A stretch of DNA of 64,000 nt from Lama glama (Eukaryota): NCBI GenBank assembly GCA_028534125.1, contig CM052817.1:107696001-107760000 (forward strand), given 5' to 3'. A model generated the notes under the pieces. It ran no database searches. It was not told the DNA's origin and saw only the letters and a program-made list of their open reading frames with translations. Within the stretch, counting starts at the first letter, position 1; each line of letters begins with the position of its first letter. Made by a program: the position numbers and the translations under genes. Of the stretch, positions 62,450 to 64,000 are shown piece by piece.

Positions 62450-64000
62450 GGGAAAAGACAGCCTTTTCTACACAACCCAGGACCGGCTCAGGTGATGTGT
62501 GTGACACCCCGTAAGGAGGCACTGCTTCTGTAGCTGTTGATATCTGAAGACAGACCCGCCTTCTGACAGCTGTGCAGTTGGTCTGTGGCCACAGTGGAAG
62601 GACCCGTGTGCTGGGGACTGTTGGCTCTTCCAGTAACCCCTGGCCCTGTCTAAGCATTTTTGATTCAAAACAATTGTCATTAGCTCCCTTCGAACTGAAA
62701 ACTACTTCCAGAACTGGAAAATGCCCACGGAGAGGATGCTTCAAATGCTTTCTGAAAAAGGTCCTCAAACAATTCACCAATCAGCGACAGTCTTGGATTT
62801 CCCCCTATTTACAGGAACTTGCCTGATGCTGTGAACTCAACAAAGTTCCTATTAAGGTTTTTATTTTTTTTTCTAAATTGAGTGAGTGAAATTGTCCAGT
62901 TTTAAAGGATAGATCAGACACATTTCAGCAAATTTGAATGAGGAGGTTGAACAAAAATGTAAGTCACTTTCTTACAAAGAACAAATCAAACCATCTTTCC
63001 TTTTTATCATGAGCTATTGAGAACATTATGTTTCCTTTCCTGTTTCTTAATTTGAATATCAAATATCCTTACAATTTGATCTCCCCACTGTCAGAAGAGA
63101 TACCACAGGTCTTTAATTTCCGTTCTCTTTAGTCATATTTCATGGGTTCTTTGTTCTCATTCTCCTCCAAATACCATTCAGTGGAAGATAATTAGCTATT
63201 TAAGGAAATTCAAATAAAAAATTTCAGCGTATTTCCAGTATACAATGTGTGTTCTTAATATTTATTTGATTTTTTTTTCTGGAGAGCTTTTACTTTCATA
63301 TAATACAAACATTATGACTGATTGGAAGTCCATTCTATAGGCCATTTCTTCCTTTATCCTAATGTTAACTGAGAAAATTTCCAGCAGAAACGATACATTT
63401 CAAGAAATCCTACATCGAGCTTGCCAAGCACAGCATGGTAGTCTCACTGCTGTGCCCCTTCGATTTATGTCAAAACAAGAAAGAACCCATCCTTCAACTC
63501 TGAAGAATTTCTTCTGATTGATTGGTTAGAGAATGAAAAATTTCCAGGAACGTATTAGACAGAAACTCGATAAAACTATTGCACTAAATACTGATGACAG
63601 GAAAGTAATGACCTTCATAGGGAAAAAAATCTCTCCCCACAAAGTATCTTAAAGATCATCTATTAAAGATTACTTCATGTTTCTCAAGAGTTACTCAAGC
63701 CAATCATGTTAAATTCATATTTGCATTTATGTATACATAGTTGGGCAGTTTAAACACCATGCTTATATCTAATGGATCATAGTTCATGAAAAAGACGCCT
63801 TTGGTCGTCAACATCTCTGACTAATTAAACACAAGCTAACAGTGAACTCAAGAATGAAGCTCATAGGATGATTCCAGCCTTTCAGTCATTAAGGAAATTG
63901 AGAAGGACCTCCTTTCTGTGAACAGAGGCCTCTCTAAATAACCAAATTAAGCCTTCTAGAATGGTTAAGGATAAATTCTTAAATTCCACGATCCAAATTG

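Noticed and set aside
62253..62826. 175-aa minus-strand ORF and overlapping + strand ORFs
   Set aside because: Part of the ORF is an L1 tail and (TA)n; the rest has no recognisable homology and no convincing splice donor
1..64000. A novel multi-gene system
   Set aside because: No credible coding genes or operon-like structure; the content is explained by mammalian repeats and unique non-coding DNA

Overview
This window is mammalian nuclear DNA, not prokaryotic. It is most likely camelid (alpaca/llama/camel), judged from three tRNA-Ala-derived Vic-1-type SINEs and a recurring young L1 3' end. It reads as intergenic or deep-intronic sequence. A large share is recognisable transposon debris: L1 of several ages, L2, MIR, MLT1/MaLR and ERV1 solo LTRs, and MER20/MER58A/MER5A hAT elements. 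There are two placeholder gaps of exactly 500 N. I could not recognise any protein-coding gene, real RNA gene or CRISPR array; the only ORFs with recognisable protein motifs are L1 ORF2 remnants. I cannot support a new biological system here. The best-supported observations are structural: three 5'-inverted (twin-priming-type) L1 insertions, two with readable TSDs and one forming a hairpin; a shared L1 truncation point; an old local duplication that preserves the empty site of a SINE insertion; an 18-bp palindrome-containing repeat array; an intact MER41-like solo LTR next to a motif cluster; and two weak minus-strand exon candidates. Repeat family names come from my recall of consensus sequences, not from a database search, and boundaries of old elements are approximate.
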